DNA of 58,290 nucleotides from a virus. Taxonomy: Duplodnaviria; Caudoviricetes. How positions within the stretch are numbered: the first letter of the stretch is position 1; every line of letters starts with the position of its first letter. Made by a program: the position numbers and the translations under genes. This document shows positions 16,967 to 26,220 of the stretch, in pieces. The stretch spans positions 1 to 58,290 of IMG/VR virus record IMGVR_UViG_3300005611_000028. The stretch is one strand, 5' to 3'. The notes beneath the pieces were generated by a model that saw nothing but the letters and a program-made list of their open reading frames with translations, had not been told where the DNA came from and did no database searches.

Positions 16967-17589
16967 TTCAAAAAATCCCCTTGTTTTGTTAATTCTTGAT
17001 CTTCAAACATGCAATTCAGCCGGTTAAGCGTTTTGGCTGCTGTCACGTCGCGGCGCTCTTTGATTTCGTCGTTTTCCAGAGATAATATTTTTTTTGTTTT
17101 AGATATCCCCAAAACCCTGCCGTTTTCGTCGTATTCAACGATCTCGTCGAATCTGTCGGTTTCGTAAATCCCGCCGCGTTTGATTAGCTCATTTCCATGC
17201 ACATCCGTGTTTCGGTCTAAGCATAGCGCCCTAAACTGGGCTGCTGCCGGCGGCCATTGCGGGTGTTTGTCTAGCGCTCGCTCAAGGCCCTCCGCCATCT
17301 GATGGCCCGTAATCCCCGTCAAGCACCTCACCCATGTGTTGCTCGGCGTGTTCCCGAATTGTTTCAGGAACGTGTACCCGTACATATCCGCCATTCTCTC
17401 CCACAACTTCTCGGCAAGGTTCTGCGCCGCCAAGTGGCGCTTCTCCGCGAGCAATGCGGTTTGCGTTGATTGCTTCGCGAGATCGTTCAACTGCGCTAAG
17501 TTTTTGCCCTCCGGCAAATTGATTTTGTCCACGCTGGGCTCCAGATATTTTTCCGATGTTGTTAATAAACCATTCGAGTTTTGATCCAT
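16963..17589 (-). CDS. replication protein P-like / helicase-loader-like
   Basis: LWERMADMYG..F...FG..P...W...L.G.....GL.......WPP.A.QFRALC; follows the initiator gene. Confidence 0.7.
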   Translation of the reverse strand: MDQNSNGLLTTSEKYLEPSVDKINLPEGKNLAQLNDLAKQSTQTALLAEKRHLAAQNLAEKLWERMADMYGYTFLKQFGNTPSNTWVRCLTGITGHQMAEGLERALDKHPQWPPAAAQFRALCLDRNTDVHGNELIKRGGIYETDRFDEIVEYDENGRVLGISKTKKILSLENDEIKERRDVTAAKTLNRLNCMFEDQELTKQGDFLK

Positions 17590-18295
17590 TCCTGCAAATC
17601 AGGGTCAGGTCATCGTAAACCGTACCCTGATCGTTCTGACCCATGTGATAGGTTGAGCTAGCACACCCGTCAATCGCTTGGCAAATTTGCTGGGGGGTAT
17701 AACCTTCGGACAATCGAGATTTGATTTTTGCACGCCTGTCTTTGGTTAATTTGGAATTGCCAGATTTCCCCATTCGAGATTTCCAGTAATCAAATATTTT
17801 TTGCACATCGTCGGGTTTACCCGACATAGTGTTTTTAATATTCTTTTTCTTTTTCTTTTCTACTTCTACTTCTACTTCTACTTCTAATTCAGCACATGTG
17901 TTGGCAATGTCATCATGTGTCATGACGTTTTTTGACGCGTTTTTTATCGTTTTAGCATCAAGCCATTGCCTCATTTTTGGGCTGTTAGTCATTGATTTAT
18001 CTATACTTTCTGCAAGCTTTAAACAGGTTATTACATTTCCAGAACTCTCAAAAAGACCAACCTCAATCATGTATTTCATAATTTCTTCTACTCGTTTTTC
18101 TTGAATAGAAAGCTCAAAACCGATAGTTTCAGCATCTTCTTTTAAGTCAAACGTTAGGTTGTCTTTGTTAACTTCGTAGGCTATTGCCTCAAGGCAAAAC
18201 CAGTAAATTGCGTAACCATCAGCGCCATATTTACGGCGAACTTTGCGAAGTTTTAGTGAGTTTCTGGCGTCACTTTGGTGCTTAAACCACTGCAT
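17282..18295 (-). CDS. replication initiator (Lin1244/DUF4373-like N-terminus, O-like)
   Basis: MQWFKH.SDA....KL..V..KYGADGYAIYW..LE.I; EVEVEVE/K-rich linker; C-terminal helical domain (IFDYW...RL.EGY...AIDG). Confidence 0.85.
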   Translation of the reverse strand: MQWFKHQSDARNSLKLRKVRRKYGADGYAIYWFCLEAIAYEVNKDNLTFDLKEDAETIGFELSIQEKRVEEIMKYMIEVGLFESSGNVITCLKLAESIDKSMTNSPKMRQWLDAKTIKNASKNVMTHDDIANTCAELEVEVEVEVEKKKKKNIKNTMSGKPDDVQKIFDYWKSRMGKSGNSKLTKDRRAKIKSRLSEGYTPQQICQAIDGCASSTYHMGQNDQGTVYDDLTLICRNGSKLEWFINNIGKISGAQRGQNQFAGGQKLSAVERSREAINANRIARGEAPLGGAEPCREVVGENGGYVRVHVPETIREHAEQHMGEVLDGDYGPSDGGGP

Positions 18296-18408
18296 TTTTT
18301 ACCTCTTTTTTATTTTTAACTAGGCGATATTGGGCAATGTGCTTGCCGTTTTTGGTTTTTAAATTGATTTAAAAATATCTTTCTGCAAGCGTTTCATGAT
18401 CAACAATT

Positions 18409-19698
18409 TTACAAAAATAATTCTCGCCGCATCTTTTCAGTGTAAAAAAGGTTTTTATTTTCACCTTTTAGATTTTCAGATGCCCATTCTATGTAACCAG
18501 AATCAACATCTCCCAAGCGTTTTCCATAATGTTTTCCGAAACTTATTATTTCGTCCTGCTCTGGCATTCCGGTTATTATCCTAGTTGTAACCCTGCCATT
18601 CTCCGAATACACCTCGTAACCCCTGCCGGACGCGGTTTTTTGCATTGTGTATTTGAGAGGGTTGCCCAATCTGCGAACGTTTCCAGCCATGCAATACACC
18701 ACTGGGGATTTATCAGCAAACGGCCTAACTAATCGACCAATTTTCTGATAATGAAGTGCTGCGCTCATTGTTGCAGCCGCATCAATAATGCAATCAAGGG
18801 CCGGAAAATCGTATCCTGTGGTGAGCGTTCCAACGTTGACCATCACTTTAATTGAACCATCTCGAAACCCTTCCAGCTTTCTGCGTCGCTCGCCTTTTGG
18901 GGTTAATGCGTTAATTTCTGCAGCAGAAATGCCGACAGAAAGCAACATATCAACCGTTTTTTTCGACTCATCAACAGAGTCAATAAAAACCAGATAGTGG
19001 TTGTGGCTAGTACGTGAAACTAAATCAACAATACCATCATTAATATTGTTTTTATTAGCAAATGCTATTTGTGACGATTCTGTAAATTCTGAGCCTGTTG
19101 TGTTTTGTTTTAGCATAGACTCATCGTGAGATATAGCGATATATTCAGGCTCTATCAAAAAGCCCTCTTGGACCAATTCTGACGGGTTTGTGACGTGTAA
19201 AATATTATCAAAAATCTTTGGGCGTGTTCTTGTGATTACTTTCATAGATGATCCATAGCTATTTGACGATAGGCGGTAAGGTGTCGCGGTTAATCCGATT
19301 AGGCGCTTGGGATTAATTGTTCTAATTAGCGCCTCATACATGCCGCCCTTAGCGTTAACAAGATGGCATTCATCAATAATAACGCTCTCAACATGGCTAA
19401 ATAAATCAAGCTTTTTTATTATGCTTCCGATAGTTGCATAGGTTACTTTACCGACATTTTTCTTGCCAGCTGACGCACTGTAAACTTCAGCATCAATTCC
19501 AAGTAATTCCGCCTTAGCAATATTTGATTCAAGGATTTCAAGCGAGGGCTGTAGCACCAAAACACCACCTTCTGACGCCTCGACAATACCGGCGCAAATT
19601 ACGCTTTTTCCTGATCCTGTAGGTAATACACAAACGCCATTTTTAGCTTTCATCGCCGCGGATATTGCGGCTTTCTGATATTCTCGATAATTAATCAT
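18409..19698 (-). CDS. SF2 DExH helicase (RadD-like) with C-terminal DUF3820-like domain
   Basis: LPTGSGKS, IIDECH, GLTATP, LTTGYDFP, QKIGR..R; C-terminal FGKH.G...YIEW. Confidence 0.9.
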   Translation of the reverse strand: MINYREYQKAAISAAMKAKNGVCVLPTGSGKSVICAGIVEASEGGVLVLQPSLEILESNIAKAELLGIDAEVYSASAGKKNVGKVTYATIGSIIKKLDLFSHVESVIIDECHLVNAKGGMYEALIRTINPKRLIGLTATPYRLSSNSYGSSMKVITRTRPKIFDNILHVTNPSELVQEGFLIEPEYIAISHDESMLKQNTTGSEFTESSQIAFANKNNINDGIVDLVSRTSHNHYLVFIDSVDESKKTVDMLLSVGISAAEINALTPKGERRRKLEGFRDGSIKVMVNVGTLTTGYDFPALDCIIDAAATMSAALHYQKIGRLVRPFADKSPVVYCMAGNVRRLGNPLKYTMQKTASGRGYEVYSENGRVTTRIITGMPEQDEIISFGKHYGKRLGDVDSGYIEWASENLKGENKNLFYTEKMRRELFL

Positions 19699-20342
19699 TG
19701 GGCACCCCACAGCTTAGCTATTTCGATTTGACCTTTAGGTGTCACCAAACACTGGGTAAATTCATGCCCATTTTTTACGTCAGACACGACATTAAACCAA
19801 TCCTCATAGCCGGCTTTAGGCGCGTCAATTCGAATCATCTTGCAGCCATTTTCGCGCAAAAAACGATTAAGTTTAATCGCCGTAGTGCTCAACTCCTTAG
19901 CGACAATCGTCGTGCTGACGTCGCATCGACGATCTGCCAGCATCTCGTAAACAGCGACTTTCGGCGCCTGAATCTCTAATTGCTTAGCTTGGTCAGCGGC
20001 AAGCTGCAAAGCTTCGCTAAGGGTTTTAGGTATTTGGAATTTTGGCGACGACGAATAAAGCTTTAGCTGCTCCATTACTGAGCGCCTAACAGATTTTGAC
20101 TCTCTCATGCCAACAAGCGTGCACTGCTCAATAGTTAGTTTGAAAGCCTTAGTCTCTGTTTTATTGGGATTTTTAACTACGAAAGTTTCGTAGTGCTCCC
20201 CCTCAAGCTCATCAATGATTCGTGAGTTAAAATCATTAACTCTTACTTTTGACTCGCCAGAATCCTCTCGGCATGAGTTGATAATCTTGTAAAGCTCAAA
20301 GCTTGTCATCGTTGGAGATTTTGAATTTATAACTTGAAGCAT
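19695..20342 (-). CDS. phage antirepressor (Rha-like N-terminus, KilA-C/Ant C-terminus)
   Basis: TMTSFEL...LVGMRESKSVR...IPKTLSEALQLAADQA...APKV...AKEL...LNRFL...VTPKGQ. Confidence 0.88.
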   Translation of the reverse strand: MLQVINSKSPTMTSFELYKIINSCREDSGESKVRVNDFNSRIIDELEGEHYETFVVKNPNKTETKAFKLTIEQCTLVGMRESKSVRRSVMEQLKLYSSSPKFQIPKTLSEALQLAADQAKQLEIQAPKVAVYEMLADRRCDVSTTIVAKELSTTAIKLNRFLRENGCKMIRIDAPKAGYEDWFNVVSDVKNGHEFTQCLVTPKGQIEIAKLWGAQ

Positions 20343-20343
20343 A

Positions 20344-20526
20344 AAAGAATCCTCTAAGTCCGCCCCTTGGTCAGAATGCCGCGAAAGGCAAAACCAAGGT
20401 GGTTAGAATTACGGCAACAAAGGGCGGATTTAGAAGATTCTTTGCTACCTTTCATTTTTTCCAGTTCTGACGCTGGGCCAACAAAGTTGACGCGACCATA
20501 ATACCGCCACTTTGCCTATGGCTCAA
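20344..20526 (-). promoter_or_regulatory. antirepressor promoter and RBS-sequestering leader resembling a c4 a1b1 target
   Basis: TTGAGC-17-TATTAT (20526-20498); hairpin CCAG-CGTCAGAA-CTGG; ~25-bp stem (20344-20368/20419-20443) covering the GAGGA RBS; internal TTCTGAC complementary to the loop. Confidence 0.65.
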
Positions 20527-20574
20527 TGGCTGCTATGATCATCGTGCCGATATTATTGGCACTTGGCGCTGTCA

Positions 20575-21078
20575 CTACTTCCCCGGTGCAGCGCCATTTT
20601 TTAGCGGCTGCCTAGGGGCATCTTTTCCTAGCGGTACTTCGTGCTCCCATCCTTCGCTGCTTTCGGTCATATCCTCGCGCCATAACTTGCCGTTAATCGT
20701 TCGTTTTAGGAACCCCCAAGGCTTTACCCTAGGACCATGACAAAACAGCGTCCAAGTCTCAGGCATAGGGCTTATAATTGCGTGGAAATCGCTGCCAAGT
20801 ATCTTGTTGAAGCGATGCACAAAGCGCTGGCTTAGCTCGCCATTCATCGGGTTGAATCGGTTTTCCCAGTAGCCGCCGGTGATAACAAAAGCGTATGCCT
20901 TTGGCCAAGGGTGGTCGTGTGGCTCCTCGGCGTGATCTGAGTTAACAAAGCGATGTAGGTAAAAGCGCCAGCCGAATAGCTCTTTGATAAAATAGCGCTC
21001 AAGATAAGGCGCATCGTCATCGCGGTTTATTATCCGGCACGGCATCCGTTTTGTTATGTTGAATAGAAGATTTTTCAT
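20575..21078 (-). CDS. cupin-fold metal-binding protein
   Basis: YLERY...YLHRF..SD...PHDHPW...GGYWE...FHAI...WTLF..GP...WGF. Confidence 0.8.
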   Translation of the reverse strand: MKNLLFNITKRMPCRIINRDDDAPYLERYFIKELFGWRFYLHRFVNSDHAEEPHDHPWPKAYAFVITGGYWENRFNPMNGELSQRFVHRFNKILGSDFHAIISPMPETWTLFCHGPRVKPWGFLKRTINGKLWREDMTESSEGWEHEVPLGKDAPRQPLKNGAAPGK

Positions 21079-21216
21079 ATAATCCCCAGTAGTGATTTAG
21101 TTGTGATTCAAACTCGCGATATTCTGCGAGTTGTTCATGTGTAAAGTTTTCTCGGTCGCAGACTACGCAGCCATCACATCCGCTAGCTTGGCATTGTAGG
21201 GCTGTTCTTTTGTCGG

Positions 21217-22239
21217 TCATTCGCATAACCCATAAATAGATGAGCATTGCTGAGGCTGATCTAGATCAATGGCGGCAATTAGAGACTGCTGGCGCCCTCC
21301 GTGTTCAGTTCTAGCATACTCAACGTAGGTTCCAAACCCATGCGTCTGATATTTAATATCATTAACTGTTTTCCCTGTTCCGAGATATTTGCAGGTAACT
21401 CTCGCATCCATAAAAGTCGAGCACTCACGCTTCGATGCCCAAGAAACAACCTTTTCCATCCATTTTACGCGTTCAACAACTTCAGGGAATCGCGATTCAA
21501 TACCCCTAACCTCTTGCTTTGTTGCGTGAATGCACGGCATACATCCAACTCGCCCCATGCCCATTTTATACAATGGATTTGGCTCTATTCCGAATCGCTT
21601 AGCAATTTCAAAAGTATCTATTGCTTTCCATTCAAGAATAGGCCGGTAAATAAGCATCCCGCTTGGTTCTGGCTCCCAGCTGCCGAACTCAATATCTTTT
21701 TCTATCAGGTTGGCTCGCGCAAGGCTTTCATCGCGCCTAACTCCCTGCCAACTGATAACCGCATTAAAATCATTGGATAGATTGAATTGGTATTCAGCAA
21801 TCGGTTTATGCTTAAGCTCCTCGCTGCAAAACCTTGCCCTAGTTGACGGGAATCTACCCTTCCATATGCAAAGGTCTAAAAACGGGTTCCCAGTTGGCTT
21901 AATGGCTTCTATCATTCTCTCTAAGATATCACGCGTAAATCCTTTTAATTGCGCGTTACCATCTAAACCAGATTCGATATCCATAAAGTGGGTAATTAAT
22001 TTTTCTCGCTTATTTATAATATTTTCAGTGAAATCAGCTCTAACCACATCAATTCCAACGCCGCAAATAGATCGAAGTTTATTATCAAGGTAATCAACGT
22101 GATCGTATGTTATTTGATGTTCGTGGCCAGTATCAGAAAAAACAAATCGTATATTTTCCGCTTTATCCTCAATGGCCTTTAAGGCAGTGGCGGTACTATC
22201 TTTACCTCCAGACATTGAAATTACGTTGCATTGTGTCAT
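21217..22239 (-). CDS. PAPS reductase-family (PP-loop) protein
   Basis: SMSGGKDS, DTGHE, RFCSEELK, GVRRDES..R, RVGCMPC, C-terminal CSSIYGLCE. Confidence 0.92.
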   Translation of the reverse strand: MTQCNVISMSGGKDSTATALKAIEDKAENIRFVFSDTGHEHQITYDHVDYLDNKLRSICGVGIDVVRADFTENIINKREKLITHFMDIESGLDGNAQLKGFTRDILERMIEAIKPTGNPFLDLCIWKGRFPSTRARFCSEELKHKPIAEYQFNLSNDFNAVISWQGVRRDESLARANLIEKDIEFGSWEPEPSGMLIYRPILEWKAIDTFEIAKRFGIEPNPLYKMGMGRVGCMPCIHATKQEVRGIESRFPEVVERVKWMEKVVSWASKRECSTFMDARVTCKYLGTGKTVNDIKYQTHGFGTYVEYARTEHGGRQQSLIAAIDLDQPQQCSSIYGLCE

Positions 22240-22363
22240 CTATCCACCTATACACTTCAATCGAAACAATCCGCGAACAATATCACCTTCGCAACCAATT
22301 GCGGGCCAAATTACGTAAGCAGTGAAAGCCATTGCTAGCGCTAAAATTAAAAATTCTATTGTT

Positions 22364-22657
22364 TTAGTTTTCAATATCTAACTCCGGTTTAATGTCGTCT
22401 GAATCGAGAAAGTCTGCCACGTAATCTGTAGTGAGCCCATTAACGTGAATTCTTAACTGACAGCCATCGACGTTTTCTATCGCAATTTTGTGATGCTGCA
22501 TAACAGCAGCAAGCGCGGTTAATGGGTCTGAGCTTAGTCTAGGGTCAATCGAATACGCCATGTGAGATTGCATTATTTCAGATATTGCAATAAGCCCTTT
22601 TGGGTTATCTTTTAAAAGACTCATCAATACTTTAAAATGCTCGTCAGTTTTAGCCAT
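22364..22657 (-). CDS. hypothetical protein
   Basis: ORF track. Confidence 0.6.
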   Translation of the reverse strand: MAKTDEHFKVLMSLLKDNPKGLIAISEIMQSHMAYSIDPRLSSDPLTALAAVMQHHKIAIENVDGCQLRIHVNGLTTDYVADFLDSDDIKPELDIEN

Positions 22658-22659
22658 AA

Positions 22660-22860
22660 TTAAATCCCCACCAAAGCCAAAGGAAGCCCCAATTCATCCG
22701 CCATTTTCTTGCGCTCGCGTGACTCCTCAACAGCGCGACGCTTAGCTGCTTTTGCATCAAGCATGGCCTTAACTTCTGGGTTTTTAGAAGGCTCAGCTCG
22801 CACATGGCGGCTAGGCTCGATTGAAATATTAACGCGGTTTTTCTTTTTCGTTTTGTTCAT
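22660..22860 (-). CDS. small basic hypothetical protein
   Basis: ORF track, GGAG RBS. Confidence 0.6.
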   Translation of the reverse strand: MNKTKKKNRVNISIEPSRHVRAEPSKNPEVKAMLDAKAAKRRAVEESRERKKMADELGLPLALVGI

Positions 22861-23035
22861 TTTCTTCTCCGAATAAATCTATTTGATCAATGCTTAGTTC
22901 TGATTTTGTGAACCCAAAGCATTTGGTTGATTTTGTTATTTTGTAACCCAGTCCTTTTATGCACTCAGGGCCATAAGGGCTACCGTTAAAGTAGTAGCCC
23001 TTTTTTAAACGCCTATGGCATTTTGTGCAGCGCAT
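22829..23035 (-). CDS. small Zn-ribbon protein (DUF6011-like)
   Basis: RCTKCHRRLK...YGPEC. Confidence 0.65.
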   Translation of the reverse strand: MRCTKCHRRLKKGYYFNGSPYGPECIKGLGYKITKSTKCFGFTKSELSIDQIDLFGEENEQNEKEKPR

Positions 23036-23991
23036 TAGAATAAAGTTAGCTGTGTTTTTTCTGCCAACTCAATATTGCGCTTTGCTAAATTAAAGTAAGA
23101 TGGCTTTAATTCGGCTCCTATAGCTTTTCGTCCTAGTTTTATAGCCATGTAAGCCTCTGAGCCAATACCTAAAAACGGAGTCCATACAACCTCATTTGGA
23201 AGACTCCAAAGCTGCAAGCATCGCTCAATAACTTCTAGTTGAAGCGGGCAAATATGACGCTCATCATCACTATCTCGACCTTCTCGAAAGTTTAGAGTGT
23301 CAGTTTGATTTATATCATCCCAGATCGGTGATGCGTAAGACTGCCAAACGTCAATGCTTGTATTGTCATGGCCGGGCACATAGCAAAGCGATCCATCTTC
23401 GCGCTCGTACGGTTTAAATCCATTGGGAGGATTATCTCCAACGTAATACGTGAATTCGCCAGCTATAGGCTTTTCGTTATCGCCAGGCTTACGCATAACC
23501 ACTATGTAATCAGGAATGCCCATGCGGCTCATAGCGCTGTCTTTTTTGATAGTTTTGTGCAGAAGCCCTAGCGCTTTAGTGCGCTGCATTGCCACTACGG
23601 GGTCTTTCCATATGCAAATTTCAGAATGGAAAATAAAGCCCTCTTTTTGATATTCTCTAATAATATCGCCGCGAAAATCTTTAATACCAATAAATCCATC
23701 ATTCGCTTTCGATGTTGGCAAATTCATGCAATGAATCGCAATGTTTCTACCTGGTTTCATCACTCGAAACTGCTCTTTAATCAAGTATCGGTATTGCTGC
23801 CAAAATTCATCATCTCCCTTTACATTTCCCATATCTCGGTCACTGTTTGAATAAGTGTATAGCGAGCTAAACGGCGGGCTAAAAACCGAGAAATCAACTG
23901 AGCTGCTAGGTAGTGATTTGGCAACTTCAACAGTATCCGCATTGTAGATTGTGCATTTGCTTGGTATTTCAAATTGATCAATAACGTTCAT
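23035..23991 (-). CDS. N4-cytosine/N6-adenine DNA methyltransferase, beta class
   Basis: N-terminal motif IV FSPPF; HICPLQ; C-terminal motif I TPFLGIGSE, GAELKPSYF. Confidence 0.92.
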   Translation of the reverse strand: MNVIDQFEIPSKCTIYNADTVEVAKSLPSSSVDFSVFSPPFSSLYTYSNSDRDMGNVKGDDEFWQQYRYLIKEQFRVMKPGRNIAIHCMNLPTSKANDGFIGIKDFRGDIIREYQKEGFIFHSEICIWKDPVVAMQRTKALGLLHKTIKKDSAMSRMGIPDYIVVMRKPGDNEKPIAGEFTYYVGDNPPNGFKPYEREDGSLCYVPGHDNTSIDVWQSYASPIWDDINQTDTLNFREGRDSDDERHICPLQLEVIERCLQLWSLPNEVVWTPFLGIGSEAYMAIKLGRKAIGAELKPSYFNLAKRNIELAEKTQLTLF

Positions 23992-23999
23992 GGTATCCC

Positions 24000-25376
24000 C
24001 TATAAAAAAGATGGTAGTTTGATTTTTTCTTGCGGCACATAATCGGCTTTTTCTAGCGTAGCGCCTTTAATTTCTGCAACGGTGTAATCACGCATGATGC
24101 CGCACATTTCCTCGCTCATTTGGTCATGCTGCATTTGCTTTCGCTTGATATTGTCTAGCACTGATCCCTCACGGTCAGATATGACGATATGAACATCAAC
24201 TTCTTTTTTTTGACCAAAACGCCAGCATCGCCTAACAGCCTGATAAAACGCCTCGAATGAGTCAGAAAGACCAATAAAAACCATTTTATTGCAATGCTGA
24301 AAGTTTAGGCCAAACCCCATGATTTTTGGCTTGCTAACCACCAATTTATACTCTTGATCTAAAAATCCTAAAATTAGCGACTCTTTTATTTCTGGCTTTT
24401 GGCTTCCTGTTATCTCAGTGGCGCCAGATAATTCAGCAATCAAGTTTGATTCATCATTTAGATTGCACCAAGCAATACCGCAATCCCATCCAGACATTAC
24501 CTCGGCAGCCTTTTGGCATCGCAACTCTACAGATTCGCGGCGGGCCTTGTTTCGCTCTTGTAAACCTTGCGCGACAGTAACAAACATATCATCGGTTGGC
24601 TCAGTATCGACAATATGCTCTATTAAGTTTAGTTTAGGCAAATTGTACCCGTCGTCATCATAGCCAAGGTCTGACGGGTTTCTAATTACCACGGCCCATG
24701 TTGATAGCCATTCCCAAAACTTCTTGCGCGCATGCCCTTTTAGTCGCCATTTGCTAGTGTCAGAACCGTCATGAATAAAGAACGTTGCTAGCATTTCTGT
24801 TTGCGACATGATCCTCAAAAACTCTGATTGCGTGCCAAGTTCCATAAAATCGTTTGGGCTTGGAGTTGCTGTACAGCTTAGCAAATAAGGTATTTTTGAT
24901 GCGAACTCAGTGATGCGCTTGCGCGTTTTACCGTCCATCCCCTTTAGTATGCTTGACTCATCGAGTGCGCAGCCTTCAAAGTGGCTTGGATCAAAGTTTT
25001 TTAGCATTTCATAGTTTGTGATATATATTCCTTTTTTACCTTCAGTGTCATCCCTAAGATATTTTATTTTAATGCCGAATTTTTCACCTTCTCGCACAGT
25101 TTGTTGAGCAACACATAGCGGCGCTAATATTAAAATCGGCCTACCTGTATGCTGATTAACTAGGCTAGCCCACGTCAATTGCATCATGGTTTTACCAAGT
25201 CCAGTATCCGCAAAAATAGCAGCGCGACCACGGCGGCATGCCCACCCTACAATATCAGACTGAAAGCCCTTGATCATATCTGGCATTACGTATTGCGAAG
25301 GGTCAAAACCTGCGTCAATATGGTCTATTTTTTTGCTGTTAATAAAATCGCTGTAATTCAAACTACGTTCCCCCAT
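24000..25376 (-). CDS. SNF2-family helicase/ATPase
   Basis: ADTGLGKT, LDESS, TATPSPND, GFGLNFQ, QAVRRCWRFGQ. Confidence 0.92.
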   Translation of the reverse strand: MGERSLNYSDFINSKKIDHIDAGFDPSQYVMPDMIKGFQSDIVGWACRRGRAAIFADTGLGKTMMQLTWASLVNQHTGRPILILAPLCVAQQTVREGEKFGIKIKYLRDDTEGKKGIYITNYEMLKNFDPSHFEGCALDESSILKGMDGKTRKRITEFASKIPYLLSCTATPSPNDFMELGTQSEFLRIMSQTEMLATFFIHDGSDTSKWRLKGHARKKFWEWLSTWAVVIRNPSDLGYDDDGYNLPKLNLIEHIVDTEPTDDMFVTVAQGLQERNKARRESVELRCQKAAEVMSGWDCGIAWCNLNDESNLIAELSGATEITGSQKPEIKESLILGFLDQEYKLVVSKPKIMGFGLNFQHCNKMVFIGLSDSFEAFYQAVRRCWRFGQKKEVDVHIVISDREGSVLDNIKRKQMQHDQMSEEMCGIMRDYTVAEIKGATLEKADYVPQEKIKLPSFL

Positions 25377-25594
25377 GTTTCACCGGATAGAGCCTTTTCC
25401 ATTGTTCGCACATGTACGCCGTATTCTCTCGCTAGATTTTTTGCTGTATATCGAGCTGCGGTTTTTATGGCCAGCGCCCTATCTTCGCGTAATTTTTTCA
25501 CTAGCTTAGAATTTAGTTTCGAGTGGCTTAGCTCGTCACCACGCTTAACACTTATTCTATTGAGTGGGTTATCTACCATTTTTGCACTCCTCAT
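25358..25594 (-). CDS. small HTH protein (resembles the C-terminal DNA-binding part of HNH enzymes)
   Basis: RGDELSHSKLN...V...R...LAREYGVH..T......GETW. Confidence 0.6.
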   Translation of the reverse strand: MRSAKMVDNPLNRISVKRGDELSHSKLNSKLVKKLREDRALAIKTAARYTAKNLAREYGVHVRTMEKALSGETWGNVV

Positions 25595-25766
25595 AAAACG
25601 CTTTTAGATTACCTAGTGCCTCGCTAGATGGCTCCCTATAATTAGCAATAAGCGATACATAAGTTTGACTTACGCCAATGGCCTCGGCTATCTCAAGCTG
25701 CCGGTATCCCATGGCTTTTAGCTCCTTTAGCATAGCTGGAGCCTTCTTTGTTGTTTTGCGTGGCAT
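25569..25766 (-). CDS. Cro-like HTH regulator
   Basis: GYRQLEIAEAIGVSQTYVSLIAN.REPS; first gene left of the divergent promoters. Confidence 0.85.
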   Translation of the reverse strand: MPRKTTKKAPAMLKELKAMGYRQLEIAEAIGVSQTYVSLIANYREPSSEALGNLKAFYEECKNGR

Positions 25767-25782
25767 TTTATTTCCTCTTTTT

Positions 25783-25828
25783 GTGTACTTGGTGGTTGCA
25801 ATATATTACTAATATTATTACAATGCAA
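25783..25828. promoter_or_regulatory. overlapping divergent sigma70 promoters
   Basis: Rightward TTGCAA(25796)-17-TACAAT(25819); leftward TTGCAT(25828)-17-TATATT; GTGTAC at 25783. Confidence 0.75.
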
Positions 25829-25854
25829 GCACGACTTAACGAAAGGGGAATAAA

Positions 25855-26220
25855 ATGTCATACGGCAACAATCTTAAAGACTACGCATCAGTATGTAATG
25901 CGCAACGCAGCTATGGGAACATGGAAAACTTCGAGGCGGTGGTATTCCAAGGCTCGAAAATTGACTATAAAGACGACCTGTGCGCCATGAGCATGGCTGT
26001 AATCTATTGCGATAAGTTGCGAGAGTTTTACGCGGATGAGCCTGCCGACCTCATAGGTCAGCTGGCATCAGATACTAAGTACCGCATCGAAAGGGATGGT
26101 TTGCGCGAGGTAAGCCCAGAAAGCCTTGAGCCTGGCAGCTGTTATAGCGTAAGCGGCATATTTGCATGGTCAGATGACCGCGACTGTGAATTTTTTAACA
26201 TAAAGTGGAGCAAGAAATAA
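25855..26220 (+). CDS. hypothetical protein
   Basis: AAGGGG RBS; first gene of the recombination operon. Confidence 0.7.
   Translation: MSYGNNLKDYASVCNAQRSYGNMENFEAVVFQGSKIDYKDDLCAMSMAVIYCDKLREFYADEPADLIGQLASDTKYRIERDGLREVSPESLEPGSCYSVSGIFAWSDDRDCEFFNIKWSKK

Noticed and set aside
17858-17886. (TTCTAC)n microsatellite as a phase-variation tract or iteron array
   Set aside because: It encodes the EVEVEVE linker commonly seen in phage replication initiators; in-frame hexamer with no further support
21301-22093. Long plus-strand ORFs opposite the PAPS reductase gene (and similar ones opposite TMP, portal and the adhesin-like gene)
   Set aside because: Antisense shadows of well-supported genes, with no RBS or recognisable motifs
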